Under the pieces are notes generated by a model. That model had not been told where the DNA came from and searched no databases. It worked only from the letters and a program-made list of their open reading frames with translations. Positions 42,686 to 54,018 of a DNA stretch of 64,000 nt are shown in pieces; the first letter of the stretch is position 1, and each line of letters begins with the position of its first letter. The stretch comes from Shigella phage SH7, in sequence record KX828711. The stretch is one strand, 5' to 3'. Position numbers and translations under genes: made by a program.

Positions 42686-43339
42686 TTAATACTTGCAAGA
42701 TTTCACAGTTTCAATGAAAACACTTTTAGCTTTCTGCGAATCAATATTTAAAATTTTTCTATAAGCCTTTAACTTTATAGAATAATTATTCCAGACTAAA
42801 TTATCAGTCTGTTCATCATGTTTATCAATTATATTTAAAAACGAATCAAGCAAGATAAACGTCTCAAACGAAATTATATTCGATTGAAGTAGTTTAAAAA
42901 TATAACTTGATTGAACTTTTGGATTATACTCAAAGATTTCTTTAAAAGCAGAAACTTCAACTTTTTTACTAAAATAATAAATGTTGCGAATATCTTCTTC
43001 AAACTTAAATTTAATTTGCTTTAAGCGTCCGATATATTCACGATAAAACACAAGTGCATCAGCGTCAGAGATGTCACCAATCCAAGCATCTTGGTTAGCA
43101 ACCAGATTGCTTATAAAGATTAAAGCAAGTTCCTTTAATTTATATTTTTCTGATAACTTCTGGAAAAAATACTTATCCCTTCGCTTTTGATAAGCGGCAT
43201 CAGACACCCGCATGCACCAATTATACTTAATTACATCATACTTTCCATTCATATGCTGTTTTATCATTAAGTATAATTTATAAACTGATTTACCATCAAT
43301 ATATCTTTCACCACCAGCAGGCATGCGGAGTTTAATCAT
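42686..43339 (-). CDS. 59: gp59 helicase loader
   Basis: 217 aa as in T4 gp59; syntenic between 33 and 32. Confidence 0.93.
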   Translation of the reverse strand: MIKLRMPAGGERYIDGKSVYKLYLMIKQHMNGKYDVIKYNWCMRVSDAAYQKRRDKYFFQKLSEKYKLKELALIFISNLVANQDAWIGDISDADALVFYREYIGRLKQIKFKFEEDIRNIYYFSKKVEVSAFKEIFEYNPKVQSSYIFKLLQSNIISFETFILLDSFLNIIDKHDEQTDNLVWNNYSIKLKAYRKILNIDSQKAKSVFIETVKSCKY

Positions 43340-43674
43340 AGTAGAAAATCTAATGTATTAGTTTTTTCACAACGAACAACAGAAGGACGTAAAAGATTTT
43401 CGTCAATAGCTTCTGACTGAATTTTTTCAATTATACCCGAAGGAATAAATTTAGCAAATTGAGTTTCAGGAATAGAATTTTCTTCTAAGAATGCTGTTGT
43501 AGCTTCAAGATAACTCATTCCAAACTCTTCTACCATTTTTTCAATAATAAATCCATTTTCTTGGCGGTCAAGAAGCTTTGCAATTTCATCCTTTTCTTTC
43601 TTAATTGAAAGTTCTTTTTCTGAAAGACCGGTCTCATCGACCGGACGAATATCATTTAGAGAAAACTGTGTCAT
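43336..43674 (-). CDS. 33: gp33 late transcription co-activator
   Basis: Start trimmed to MTQFSLNDIRPVDE (112 aa as in T4 gp33). Confidence 0.9.
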   Translation of the reverse strand: MTQFSLNDIRPVDETGLSEKELSIKKEKDEIAKLLDRQENGFIIEKMVEEFGMSYLEATTAFLEENSIPETQFAKFIPSGIIEKIQSEAIDENLLRPSVVRCEKTNTLDFLL

Positions 43675-43921
43675 AAAGTTCAACTACCTCTTCAGTTTCA
43701 GCTTCAAACACATCACGGTTATCTTTATGATACAAAGCTAACAGACGATTAAACATCTTACCATCAACGCCAAGTTCATCTTTGGCACGAATTCGAATAT
43801 CTTTAATCAATTCATTATAACCAGAAATTTTCAGTTTATGATCAGATGCTTCTTTAATAAATTTAGCCAAATCTTCGCCATGGATAGCTTCATCAAATTC
43901 AACCATTTCTTTTTTAGCCAT
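43652..43921 (-). CDS. dsbA: DsbA double-stranded DNA-binding protein
   Basis: 89 aa as in T4 DsbA; overlaps the gene 33 start. Confidence 0.9.
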   Translation of the reverse strand: MAKKEMVEFDEAIHGEDLAKFIKEASDHKLKISGYNELIKDIRIRAKDELGVDGKMFNRLLALYHKDNRDVFEAETEEVVELYDTVFSK

Positions 43922-43929
43922 TATTCACC

Positions 43930-44847
43930 TCAAAATTCATTAATGCTATTAGTTAATTTAGAAAGACCCGCTTTTACAAAATATGAATAAATTTTGCCAC
44001 GTGGTGGTAATTTATATGAATTATAGTAATTCACGATGTTTGAAGCAATATTATCAGGAATATAATCAAAATCAATTAGAACTAAATTTTCTTTATAACG
44101 ATTATATTCAGATTCAGTGAGAAGCACCTTAGCTTGCTCGCGGTCATTAGCAATAGCTTCGACAATAGATGTTTTCATTGAAGGAGTTCGTTCACCTTCA
44201 ACTCTGGTAAACCAAAAGTCAGATCGTACTTTAACTGAAGCAACGTTATCCTTTTTGTCACCTTTAAGGATTTTAGTCATACAGTCAATTTCAGCAGAAC
44301 CGCTTTTAATTTTAACCCATTTCTTGTGCATCGGTGACCATTGCTTAACATTTGGGTATTTGTGAAGTTGAGTAAAGTCACCGTCCGATGAAATGATTAA
44401 AATCTTATGTCCTTCTAAAGAGAACTTTTTAACAAGAATAGCAATATGGTCATCTGCTTCATACTTATCAATATCCATAACGATGTATGGCATATAAGCT
44501 TTCAGTTCATCTATAACTTTATGACTGGATTCAAAATAACCTTCCCAATCCCAAGTAGATTCTTCTCGTGCTTTTCCACGGTTTTTCTTATAATAATAAG
44601 CAAAATCACGACGCCAGTATCCAGATTTCGCGTTATCAATACACAGTACAATTTTAGTGTATCCAAGAGTTTTTGCTTTTTTGACATTAAACTTAATTGA
44701 GTTCAATATCAAATAACGAACCATTGATAAATTAATTTTTTCTTTATCTGGAAAGTTTACCAAAGCAGTTGAAAGCGCAATCTGACTAAAGTCAATTAAG
44801 CAGATTCCTTCTTTGTAATCTTCATCCAGCATCATTTCTAAATCCAT
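43930..44847 (-). CDS. rnh: RNase H (5'-3' exonuclease, FEN family)
   Basis: Start trimmed to MDLEMMLDEDYKEG (305 aa as in T4 RNase H). Confidence 0.93.
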   Translation of the reverse strand: MDLEMMLDEDYKEGICLIDFSQIALSTALVNFPDKEKINLSMVRYLILNSIKFNVKKAKTLGYTKIVLCIDNAKSGYWRRDFAYYYKKNRGKAREESTWDWEGYFESSHKVIDELKAYMPYIVMDIDKYEADDHIAILVKKFSLEGHKILIISSDGDFTQLHKYPNVKQWSPMHKKWVKIKSGSAEIDCMTKILKGDKKDNVASVKVRSDFWFTRVEGERTPSMKTSIVEAIANDREQAKVLLTESEYNRYKENLVLIDFDYIPDNIASNIVNYYNSYKLPPRGKIYSYFVKAGLSKLTNSINEF

Positions 44848-44876
44848 ATGAACCTCGTTCAATTAGTGAGATTTCT

Positions 44877-44906
44877 ATTATATACTATCCAAATCTTAAA
44901 GTAAAC
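44877..44906 (-). promoter_or_regulatory. Early promoter for rnh
   Basis: Minus strand GTTTAC then 18 nt then TATAAT, about 30 nt upstream of the rnh ATG; divergent from the gene 34 late promoter. Confidence 0.6.
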
Positions 44907-44909
44907 AAG

Positions 44910-44917
44910 TATAAATA
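44910..44917 (+). promoter_or_regulatory. Late promoter for gene 34
   Basis: TATAAATA 34 nt upstream of the gene 34 ATG. Confidence 0.75.
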
Positions 44918-44951
44918 CTTATTATTGAAAACACAATAGGAGCCCGGGAGA

Positions 44952-47900
44952 ATGGCCGAGATTAAAAGAAAGTTCAGAGCAGAAGATGGTCTGGACGCAG
45001 GTGGCGATAAAATAATCAACGTAGCTTTAGCTGATCGTGCCGTAGGAACTGACGGTGTTAACGTTGATTACCTAATTCAAGAAAACACAGTTCAACAATA
45101 CGATCCAACTCGTGGATATTTAAAAGATTTTGTAATCATTTATGATAACCGTTTTTGGGCTGCTATAAATGATATTCCAAAACCAGCGGGAGCTTTTAAT
45201 AGCGTACGCTGGAGAGCATTACGTACTGATGCTAATTGGACAACTGTTTCATCAGGACCTTATCAATTAAAGTCAGGTGAATCAATTTCAGTTAATACTG
45301 CAGCAGGAAATGATATCACATTTACTTTGCCAACTTCTCCAATTGATGGAGATACTATCGTTCTTCAAGATATTGGTGGAAAACCCGGAGTTAACCAAGT
45401 TTTAATTGTAGCTCCAGTGCAAAGTATTGTAAACTTTAGAGGCGAACAAGTACGATCAGTACTAATGACCCATCCAAAATCACAGATAGTTTTAATTTTT
45501 AGTAATCGTCTGTGGCAAATGTATGTGGCTGATTATAGCAGAGAAGCGGTAGTTGTGACGCCAGCAAGTCTCTACCAGGCGCAGTCAAACGATTTTATCG
45601 TGCGCAGATTTACTTCTGCTGCACCGATAAATATTAAACTTCCGAGATTTGCTAATCATGGCGATATTATTAATTTCGTTGATTTAGATAAATTAAATCC
45701 TCTTTATCATACAATTGTTACTACATATGATGAAACTACATCAGTACAAGAAGATGGAACTCATTCCATTGAAGGCCGTACATCTATTGATGGTTTCTTG
45801 ATGTATGATGATAATGAGAAATTATGGAGATTATTTGACGGGGATAGTAAAGCACGTTTACGTGTTATAACAACTAATTCTAATATTCGTCCAAACGAAG
45901 AAGTTATGGTATTTGGTGCGAATAATGGAACAACTCAAACAATTGAACTTCAGCTTCCGACCGATATTTCCATTGGCGATACTGTTAAAATTTCCATGAA
46001 TTACATGAGAAAAGGCCAAACAGTTAAAATCAAAGCTGCCGGTGAAGATAAAATTGCTTCTTCAGTTCAATTGCTGCAATTCCCAAAACGTTCAGAATAT
46101 CCGCCTGAGGCTGAATGGGTGACTGTTCAAGAATTAGTTTTTAACGGTGAAACTAATTATGTTCCAGTTTTACAACTTGCTTATATAGAAGATTCTGACG
46201 GAAAATACTGGGTTGTACAGCAAAACGTTCCAACAGTTGAAAGAGTCGATTCTTTAAATAATTCTACTAGAGCAAGATTAGGCGTAATTGCTTTAGCTAC
46301 ACAAGCTCAAGCTAACGTCGATTTAGAAAATTCTCCACAAAAAGAATTAGCAATTACCCCAGAAACATTAGCTAACCGTACTGCTACAGAAACTCGTAGA
46401 GGTATCGCAAGAATAGCAACTACCGCCCAAGTGAATCAGGATACTACATTCTCTTTTGCTGACGATATTATCATCACTCCTAAAAAGCTGAATGAAAGAA
46501 CTGCTACAGAAACTCGTAGAGGTGTTGCTGAAATTGCTACGCAACAAGAAACTAATACAGGTACTGATGATACTACGATCATCACTCCTAAAAAGCTTCA
46601 AGCTCGTCAGGGTTCTGAATCATTATCTGGTATTGTAACTTTTGTATCTACTGCAGGTGCTACTCCAGCTTCTAGCCGTGAATTAAATGGTACGAATGTT
46701 TATAATAAAAACACTAATAATTTAGTTGTTTCACCTAAAGCTTTGGATCAGTATAAAGCTACTCCAACACAACAAGGTGCGGTAATTTTAGCAGTTGAAA
46801 GTGAAGTAATTGCTGGACAAAGTCAGGAAGGATGGGCAAATGCGGTTGTAACACCAGAAACGTTACATAAAAAGACATCAACTGATGGAAGAATTGGTTT
46901 AATTGAAATTGCTACGCAAAGTGAAGTTAATACAGGAACTGATTATACCCGTGCAGTCACTCCTAAAACTTTAAATGACCGTAGAGCAACTGAAAGTTTA
47001 AGTGGTATAGCTGAAATTGCTACACAGGTTGAATTCGACGCAGGCGTCGACGATACTCGTATCTCTACACCATTAAAAATTAAAACCAGATTTAATAGTA
47101 CTGATCGTACTTCTGTTGTTGCTCTATCTGGATTAGTTGAATCAGGAACTCTCTGGGACCATTATACCCTTAATATTCTTGAAGCAAATGAGACACAGCG
47201 TGGTACACTTCGTGTAGCTACACAGGTCGAAGCTGCTGCAGGAACATTAGATAATGTTTTAATAACTCCTAAAAAGCTTTTAGGTACTAAATCTACTGAA
47301 GCACAGGAAGGTGTTATTAAAGTTGCAACTCAGTCTGAAACTGTGACTGGAACATCAGCAAATACTGCTGTATCTCCAAAAAATTTAAAATGGATTGTGC
47401 AGAGCGAACCTACCTGGGCAGCTACTACTGCGATAAGGGGATTTGTTAAAACTTCATCTGGTTCAATTACGTTCGTTGGTAATGATACAGTCGGTTCTAC
47501 TCAAGATTTAGAACTGTATGAGAAAAATAGCTATGCAGTATCACCATATGAATTAAACCGTGTATTAGCAAATTATTTGCCATTAAAAGCAAAAGCTGTA
47601 GATAGTAATTTATTGGATGGTCTAGATTCATCTCAGTTCATTCGTAGGGATATTGCGCAGACAGTTAATGGTTCACTAACCTTAACCCAACAAACGAATC
47701 TGAGTGCCCCTCTTGTATCATCTAGTACTGCTACGTTTGGTGGTTCAGTTTCGGCAAATAGTACATTGTCTATTTCTAACACTGGAACGACTTCTTCTCG
47801 ATTTACATTTGAGAAAGGTCCTGCTTCTGGTAGTAATGCTGATTCTGCATTGCATGTTCGTGTATGGGGTAATAAGTACAGCGGCGGTTCTGATGTAACT

Positions 47901-48824
47901 CGCGCAACGATTATAGAATTCTATGATGCTTCCGGCACTCATTTCTATTCTCAAAGAGATACGTCAAATAATGTGTTGTTCAACATTTCAGGTACGATGC
48001 AATCAGTCCATGCTAGCGTTCGTGGTGTTCTGAACGTTACAGGTGTCTCAACGTTTAATAGTTCAGTTACAGCCAATGGTGAATTCATTAGCAAGTCTGC
48101 AAATGCATTTAGAGCAATTAGTGGTGATTATGGATTCTTTATCAGGAATGATGGTGGCAGCACATATTTTATGCTTACTGCATCAGGCGATCAGACTGGC
48201 GGATTTAATGGATTACGTCCTTTAGCTATTAATAATGCATCCGGTCAAGTAACGATTGGTGAAAGCTTAATCATTGCCAAAGGTGCTACTATAAATTCAG
48301 ATGGTTTGACTGTTAACTCGAGAATTCGTTCTCAAGGTGTTAAAACATCTGACTTATATACCCGTGCGCCAACATCTGATACTGTAGGATTCTGGTCAAT
48401 CGATATTAATGATTCAGCCACTTATAACCAGTTCCCGGGTTATTTTGAAATGGTTGAAAAAACTAATGAAGTGACTGGGCTTCCATACTTAGAACGTGGC
48501 GAAGAGGTTAAATCTCCTGGTACATTGACTCAGTTTGGTAACACACTCGATTCACTTTACCAAGATTGGATTACTTATCCAACGACTCCAGAAGCACGTA
48601 CCACTCGCTGGACGCGTACATGGCAGAAAACCAAAAACTCTTGGTCAAGTTTTGTTCAGGTATTTGATGGAGGTAACCCTCCTCAGCCATCTGATATCGG
48701 TGCTTTACCATCTGATAATGCTATAATGGGGAATCTTACTATTCGTGATTTCTTACGAATTGGTAATGTTCGCATTATTCCTGACCCAGTGAATAAAACG
48801 GTTAAATTTGAATGGGTTGAATAA
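44952..48824 (+). CDS. 34: Long tail fibre proximal subunit gp34
   Basis: 1290 aa (T4 gp34 1289 aa); MAEIKRKFRAEDGLDAGGDKIINVALADR; internal repeats. Confidence 0.95.
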   Translation: MAEIKRKFRAEDGLDAGGDKIINVALADRAVGTDGVNVDYLIQENTVQQYDPTRGYLKDFVIIYDNRFWAAINDIPKPAGAFNSVRWRALRTDANWTTVSSGPYQLKSGESISVNTAAGNDITFTLPTSPIDGDTIVLQDIGGKPGVNQVLIVAPVQSIVNFRGEQVRSVLMTHPKSQIVLIFSNRLWQMYVADYSREAVVVTPASLYQAQSNDFIVRRFTSAAPINIKLPRFANHGDIINFVDLDKLNPLYHTIVTTYDETTSVQEDGTHSIEGRTSIDGFLMYDDNEKLWRLFDGDSKARLRVITTNSNIRPNEEVMVFGANNGTTQTIELQLPTDISIGDTVKISMNYMRKGQTVKIKAAGEDKIASSVQLLQFPKRSEYPPEAEWVTVQELVFNGETNYVPVLQLAYIEDSDGKYWVVQQNVPTVERVDSLNNSTRARLGVIALATQAQANVDLENSPQKELAITPETLANRTATETRRGIARIATTAQVNQDTTFSFADDIIITPKKLNERTATETRRGVAEIATQQETNTGTDDTTIITPKKLQARQGSESLSGIVTFVSTAGATPASSRELNGTNVYNKNTNNLVVSPKALDQYKATPTQQGAVILAVESEVIAGQSQEGWANAVVTPETLHKKTSTDGRIGLIEIATQSEVNTGTDYTRAVTPKTLNDRRATESLSGIAEIATQVEFDAGVDDTRISTPLKIKTRFNSTDRTSVVALSGLVESGTLWDHYTLNILEANETQRGTLRVATQVEAAAGTLDNVLITPKKLLGTKSTEAQEGVIKVATQSETVTGTSANTAVSPKNLKWIVQSEPTWAATTAIRGFVKTSSGSITFVGNDTVGSTQDLELYEKNSYAVSPYELNRVLANYLPLKAKAVDSNLLDGLDSSQFIRRDIAQTVNGSLTLTQQTNLSAPLVSSSTATFGGSVSANSTLSISNTGTTSSRFTFEKGPASGSNADSALHVRVWGNKYSGGSDVTRATIIEFYDASGTHFYSQRDTSNNVLFNISGTMQSVHASVRGVLNVTGVSTFNSSVTANGEFISKSANAFRAISGDYGFFIRNDGGSTYFMLTASGDQTGGFNGLRPLAINNASGQVTIGESLIIAKGATINSDGLTVNSRIRSQGVKTSDLYTRAPTSDTVGFWSIDINDSATYNQFPGYFEMVEKTNEVTGLPYLERGEEVKSPGTLTQFGNTLDSLYQDWITYPTTPEARTTRWTRTWQKTKNSWSSFVQVFDGGNPPQPSDIGALPSDNAIMGNLTIRDFLRIGNVRIIPDPVNKTVKFEWVE
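46378..46600 (+). repeat. Tandem repeat of about 120 bp inside gene 34
   Basis: CTGCTACAGAAACTCGTAGAGGT recurs at 46381 and 46501; ATCATCACTCCTAAAAAGCT recurs at about 46470 and 46578. Confidence 0.6.
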
Positions 48825-48832
48825 GAGGTATT

Positions 48833-49948
48833 ATGGAAAAATTTATGGCAGAGTTTGGACAAGGATATGTCCAAACGCCATTTTTATCGGAAAGTAATTC
48901 AGTAAGATATAAAATAAGTATAGCGGGTTCTTGCCCGCTTTCTACAGCAGGACCATATGTTAAATTTCAGGATAATCTTGTCGGAAGTCAAACATTTAGC
49001 GCAGGTCTTCATTTAAGAGTTTTTGACCCTTTCACTGGAGCATTAGTTGATAGTAAGTCATATGCTTTTTCGACTTCAAATGATACTACATCAGCTGCTT
49101 TTGTTAGTTTCATGAATTCTTTTTCAAACAATAGACTTGTTGCTATATTAACTAGCGGAAAGGTTAATTTTCCTCCTGAAGTAGTATCTTGGTTAAGAGC
49201 AGCAGGAACATCTGCTTTTCCATCTGATTCTTTATTGTCAAGATTTGACGTATCATATGCTGCCTTTTACACTTCTTCTAAAAGAGCTATCGCACTAGAG
49301 CATGTTAAACTGAGTAACAGAAAAAGCACAGATGACTATCAAACTATATTAGATGTAGTATTTGATAGTTTAGAAGATGTTGGAGCGACAGGATTTCCTA
49401 AAAGAACATATGAAAGCGTTGAGCAATTTATGTCAGCAGTCGGTGGAACTAATAACGAAATTGCACGTCTACCTACAGCATCTGCAATAAGTAAACTTTC
49501 TGACTATAATTTAATTCCTGGAGATGTTCTTTATCTTAAAGCACAACTATATGCTGATGCTGATTTATTAGCGTTGGGAACTACTAATATTTCAATTCGT
49601 TTTTATAATGCGTCGAATGGATATATTTCCTCGACACAAGCTGAGTTTACCGGACAAGCTGGGTCTTGGGAATTAAAAGAAGATTATGTAGTTGTTCCAG
49701 AAAATGCAGTTGGATTTACGATATACGCACAGAGAACTGCACAAGCGGGTCAAGGCGGTATGAGAAATTTAAGCTTTTCTGAAGTGTCAAGAAATGGTGG
49801 CATTTCAAAACCTGCTGAGTTTGGCGTCAATGGTATTCGAGTTAATTATATCTGTGAATCTGCTTCACCTCCGGATATAATGGTACTTCCTACGCAAGCA
49901 TCGTCTAAAACTGGTAAAGTGTTTGGACAGGAATTTAGAGAAGTTTAA
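48833..49948 (+). CDS. 35: Long tail fibre hinge protein gp35
   Basis: 371 aa (T4 gp35 372 aa); follows gene 34. Confidence 0.85.
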   Translation: MEKFMAEFGQGYVQTPFLSESNSVRYKISIAGSCPLSTAGPYVKFQDNLVGSQTFSAGLHLRVFDPFTGALVDSKSYAFSTSNDTTSAAFVSFMNSFSNNRLVAILTSGKVNFPPEVVSWLRAAGTSAFPSDSLLSRFDVSYAAFYTSSKRAIALEHVKLSNRKSTDDYQTILDVVFDSLEDVGATGFPKRTYESVEQFMSAVGGTNNEIARLPTASAISKLSDYNLIPGDVLYLKAQLYADADLLALGTTNISIRFYNASNGYISSTQAEFTGQAGSWELKEDYVVVPENAVGFTIYAQRTAQAGQGGMRNLSFSEVSRNGGISKPAEFGVNGIRVNYICESASPPDIMVLPTQASSKTGKVFGQEFREV

Positions 49949-49953
49949 ATTGA

Positions 49954-49971
49954 GGGAGCCTTCGGGTTCCC
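49954..49971 (+). terminator. Hairpin terminator after gene 35
   Basis: GGGAGCC-TTCG-GGTTCCC followed by TTTTTCTTT. Confidence 0.65.
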
Positions 49972-49979
49972 TTTTTCTT

Positions 49980-49987
49980 TATAAATA
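49980..49987 (+). promoter_or_regulatory. Late promoter for genes 36-37-38
   Basis: TATAAATA 23 nt upstream of the gene 36 ATG. Confidence 0.75.
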
Positions 49988-50010
49988 CTATTAAAATAAA
50001 GGGGCATACA

Positions 50011-50667
50011 ATGGCTGATTTAAAAGTAGGTTCAACAACTGGAGGCTCTGTCATTTGGCATCAAGGAAATTTTCCATTGAATCCAGCCGGTGACGATGTA
50101 CTCTATAAATCATTTAAAATATATTCAGAATATAATAAACCACAAGCTGCTGATAACGATTTCGTTTCTAAAGCTAATGGTGGTACATATTTAAATAAAG
50201 TAATTTTTAATAAAGGAATGACTGTTCCTGGTGCTGGGTCAGGTGACAACGGTATTTTTGCCGGTCCTGGTGATAATGCTACATATGATACTACAAATAT
50301 GGATATTGTTTCATGGTATGGTATCGGCTTTAAATCATCACAAGGGGCAGCAGGTAGAACTGTAGTAATTAACACACGAAACGGAGATATTAGCTCAAAG
50401 GGTGTAATTGAAGCATCACAAATACGCGCAACTTCGTTATCACCAGTAAATAATTATGACCTTACGAGAAAAGATTATGTTGATGGAGCAATAAATATTG
50501 TTACAACAAATGCAAACTCTAGAGTATTACGCTCTGGAGACACTATGACAGGAAATTTAACTGCGCCAAACCTTTTTTCACAGAATCCTGCATCTCAACC
50601 CTCGCATGTTCCGCGATTTGACCAAATCGTAATTAAGGATTCTGTTCAAGATTTCGGCTATTATTAA
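50011..50667 (+). CDS. 36: Long tail fibre distal connector gp36
   Basis: 218 aa (T4 gp36 221 aa); syntenic. Confidence 0.85.
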   Translation: MADLKVGSTTGGSVIWHQGNFPLNPAGDDVLYKSFKIYSEYNKPQAADNDFVSKANGGTYLNKVIFNKGMTVPGAGSGDNGIFAGPGDNATYDTTNMDIVSWYGIGFKSSQGAAGRTVVINTRNGDISSKGVIEASQIRATSLSPVNNYDLTRKDYVDGAINIVTTNANSRVLRSGDTMTGNLTAPNLFSQNPASQPSHVPRFDQIVIKDSVQDFGYY

Positions 50668-50675
50668 GAGGACTT

Positions 50676-53600
50676 ATGGCTACTTTAAAACAAATACAAT
50701 TTAAAAGAAGCAAAACGGCAGGTCAACGTCCAGCTGCTTCAGTATTAGCCGAAGGTGAATTGGCTATAAACTTAAAAGATCGTGTACTTTTTACTAAAGA
50801 TGATCAAGGAAATATTATTGACTTAGGTTTTGCTAAAGGCGGTAGTATTGACGGGAATGTTATTCATAAAGGCAATTATAACCAAACTGGCGATTATACT
50901 TTAAACGGTACATTCACCCAGACTGGTAATTTTAATTTAACCGGTATTGCTCGAGTAACTCGTGATATTATTGCTGCTGGGCAGATTATGACTGAAGGCG
51001 GAGAACTTATTACAAAAAGTTCAGGAACGGCACACGTTCGTTTTCATGATTCCGCCGACCGTGAACGCGGTATTATTTTTTCTCCTGCTAATGACGGTTT
51101 AACTACACAGGTAGTTAACATCAGAGTTCAAGATTACAAAGCTGGTTCAGAAAGCACTTTCGCTTTTAATGGAAATGGTTTGTTTTCTTCACCAGAAGTT
51201 TTTGGGTGGAAATCTGTATCAACTCCGGTAATTTATACCAATAAAGTTATCACCAATAAAAAAGTTAAAGATGATTATGACATCTATTCGACGGCAGACA
51301 ATGTTCCATTGTCTGAAAGCACTACTGCTATTAATCATCTTCGTGTTATGCGTAATGCAGTTGGTTCTGGTATTTTCCATGAAGTTAAAGATAATGATGG
51401 AATAACATGGTATAGTGGAGATGGATTAGACGTTTATCTTTGGTCATTTACTTGGAGCGGCGGAATTAAATCAAGTCACTCAATTTCCATCGGTTTAACA
51501 CCCGGACCTAAGGATTACTCAATATTAGGACCGTCTAGTATCGCTTTAGGAGATAATGATACTGGATTTAAATGGCATCAAGACGGATATTATTTCAGTG
51601 TTAACAATGGCACAAAAACGTTTTTATTTAGTCCCAGCGAAACAACTAGCCTAAGAAAATTTGTAGCTGGATATTCTACTAACGGAACCGATTTAACTAC
51701 TCCTCCAACTGAAAATTATGCTCTTGCTACTGTAGTGACATACCATGATAATAACGCGTTTGGGGATGGTCAGACTCTTTTAGGATATTATCAAGGCGGT
51801 AACTATCATCACTATTTCCGCGGTAAAGGTACCACAAACATTAATACTCACGGTGGTTTGTTAGTTACTCCTGGTAATATTGATGTTATTGGCGGTTCTG
51901 TTAATATCGATGGTAGAAATAATGCTTCTACAGCGATGTTTAAAGGTAACACAACAGGTAGTAGTTCTGTGGATAACATGACAATTTCCGTTTGGGGCAA
52001 TACGTTTACTAATCCTAGTGTAGGTAATCGTAAAAACGTCATGGAAATTTCTGATGCAACTAGCTGGATGAGTTATATTCAAAGACTTACAACAGGTGAA
52101 GTAGAAATGAACGTTAACGGTTCATTTGAATCATCTGGTGTTACTGCTGGAAATAGAGGAGTTCACACAACGGGCGAAATTTCATCTGGGGCTGTGAATG
52201 CGCTTCGTATTTGGAACGCAGATTATGGAGCTATTTTTAGACGTTCAGAAGGCAGTCTTCATATTATTCCAACTGCTTACGGTGAAGGTAAATATGGCGA
52301 TATCGGTCCACTTCGCCCGTTTAGTATGGCTTTAGATACCGGTAAAGTTACTATTCCAGATTTACAATCAAGTTACAATACGTTTGCTGCTAACGGTTAT
52401 ATTAAATTTGTTGGTCATGGAGCGGGTGCCGGCGGTTATGACATTCAATATGCTCAAGCGGCTCCTATTTTCCAGGAAATTGATGATGATGCTGTAAGCA
52501 AATATTATCCTATTGTTAAACAGAAGTTTTTAAATGGTAAAGCTGTTTGGTCTTTAGGTACTGAAATTAGTTCAGGTACATTCGTTATTCATCATCTGAA
52601 AGAAGATGGTTCACAAGGCCATACGTCTCGTTTTAATCAAGACGGTACTGTTAACTTCCCAGATAACGTTTCTGTCGGCGGCGGTGAAGCTACTATTGCT
52701 CGCAATGGTAATATCTGGTCTGATATCTGGAAAACGTTTACTTCAGCAGGCGACGTAACTAATATTCGCGATGCAATAGCTACTCGTGTTGCTAAAGAAG
52801 GTGATACGATGACCGGTAGGTTGACTTTATCTGCTGGAAATGATGCCCTTGTTTTAACTGCAGGCGCGGGTGCTTCATCGCACATCCGTAGTGATGTAGG
52901 TGGTACAGGTAACTGGTATATAGGCAAAGGCGGCGGCGACAATGGTCTAAGTTTTTACAGTTACATTACACAAGCCGGTGTGAACATAACAAATAACGGC
53001 GAAATAGCGCTTTCTCCTCAAGGACAAGGAGCGTTTAATTTTAATAGAGACCGCCTTCATATAAACGGTACACAATGGGTTGCGCATAAATCTGGCGCCT
53101 TTGGTGACCAATGGAGTTTAGAAGCTCCGATATTTATAGATTTTGGTAGTGTCAGTAATGACTGCTATTATCCTATTATTAAAGGAAAATCTGCTATTAC
53201 TAATGAAGGATACATATCTGGTGTTGATTTTGGTATGCGTCGTATCACTAATAACTGGGCGCAAGGTATTATTCGTGTAGGTAACCAGGAAAACGGTTCT
53301 GACCCACAAGCTGTATATGAATTTCACCATAACGGAACTCTGTATGTTCCTAACATGGTTAAAACTGGAGCAAGATTATCAGCTGGCGGCGGCGACCCGG
53401 TGTGGACTGGGCCATGTCTTGTTATTGGTGATAATGATACTGGTTTAGTCCATGGCGGTGATGGCCGAATCAATATGGTTGCCAATGGTGTTCATATTGC
53501 TTCATGGTCATCTGCTTATCATCTCCATGAAGGTCTTTGGGATACTACTGGTGCTTTGTGGACTGAGCAAGGAAGAGCTATTATTTCTTTTGGTCATTTA

Positions 53601-53987
53601 ATCCAACAGAGTGATGCCTATTCTACATTTGTCCGTGATGTTTATGTCCGTTCTGATATTCGCGTTAAAAAAGACCTCGTTAAATTTGAAAATGCTTCTC
53701 AGAAGCTTTCTAAAATTAACGGTTACACTTATATGCAGAAGCGAGGCCTGGATGAGGAAGGTAATCAGAAATGGGAACCTAACGCTGGTTTAATTGCTCA
53801 AGAAGTTCAAGCTATTTTACCAGAATTAGTTGAAGGCGACCCTGATGGTGAAGCTTTACTTCGTTTGAACTATAACGGTGTAATTGGTTTAAATACAGCT
53901 GCAATCAATGAGCATACTGCAGAAATTGCGGAACTTAAATCAGAAATTGAAGAACTTAAAGCATTAGTTAAATCATTGTTAAAATAA
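50676..53987 (+). CDS. 37: Long tail fibre distal subunit gp37 with C-terminal intramolecular-chaperone-like domain
   Basis: 1103 aa; last ~110 aa (from S993, [10 protein letters not shown]...) resemble the self-cleaving chaperone domain of phage fibre and endosialidase proteins; T2-type arrangement with the gene 38 adhesin. Confidence 0.88.
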   Translation: MATLKQIQFKRSKTAGQRPAASVLAEGELAINLKDRVLFTKDDQGNIIDLGFAKGGSIDGNVIHKGNYNQTGDYTLNGTFTQTGNFNLTGIARVTRDIIAAGQIMTEGGELITKSSGTAHVRFHDSADRERGIIFSPANDGLTTQVVNIRVQDYKAGSESTFAFNGNGLFSSPEVFGWKSVSTPVIYTNKVITNKKVKDDYDIYSTADNVPLSESTTAINHLRVMRNAVGSGIFHEVKDNDGITWYSGDGLDVYLWSFTWSGGIKSSHSISIGLTPGPKDYSILGPSSIALGDNDTGFKWHQDGYYFSVNNGTKTFLFSPSETTSLRKFVAGYSTNGTDLTTPPTENYALATVVTYHDNNAFGDGQTLLGYYQGGNYHHYFRGKGTTNINTHGGLLVTPGNIDVIGGSVNIDGRNNASTAMFKGNTTGSSSVDNMTISVWGNTFTNPSVGNRKNVMEISDATSWMSYIQRLTTGEVEMNVNGSFESSGVTAGNRGVHTTGEISSGAVNALRIWNADYGAIFRRSEGSLHIIPTAYGEGKYGDIGPLRPFSMALDTGKVTIPDLQSSYNTFAANGYIKFVGHGAGAGGYDIQYAQAAPIFQEIDDDAVSKYYPIVKQKFLNGKAVWSLGTEISSGTFVIHHLKEDGSQGHTSRFNQDGTVNFPDNVSVGGGEATIARNGNIWSDIWKTFTSAGDVTNIRDAIATRVAKEGDTMTGRLTLSAGNDALVLTAGAGASSHIRSDVGGTGNWYIGKGGGDNGLSFYSYITQAGVNITNNGEIALSPQGQGAFNFNRDRLHINGTQWVAHKSGAFGDQWSLEAPIFIDFGSVSNDCYYPIIKGKSAITNEGYISGVDFGMRRITNNWAQGIIRVGNQENGSDPQAVYEFHHNGTLYVPNMVKTGARLSAGGGDPVWTGPCLVIGDNDTGLVHGGDGRINMVANGVHIASWSSAYHLHEGLWDTTGALWTEQGRAIISFGHLIQQSDAYSTFVRDVYVRSDIRVKKDLVKFENASQKLSKINGYTYMQKRGLDEEGNQKWEPNAGLIAQEVQAILPELVEGDPDGEALLRLNYNGVIGLNTAAINEHTAEIAELKSEIEELKALVKSLLK

Positions 53988-53991
53988 TAAG

Positions 53992-54007
53992 AGGGGCTTC
54001 GGCCCCT
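53992..54007 (+). promoter_or_regulatory. C(UUCG)G hairpin between genes 37 and 38, next to the gene 38 RBS
   Basis: AGGGGC-TTCG-GCCCCT directly after the gene 37 stop; no T-tract; GGAGG RBS follows. Confidence 0.5.
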
Positions 54008-54018
54008 TGGAGGTTTAT

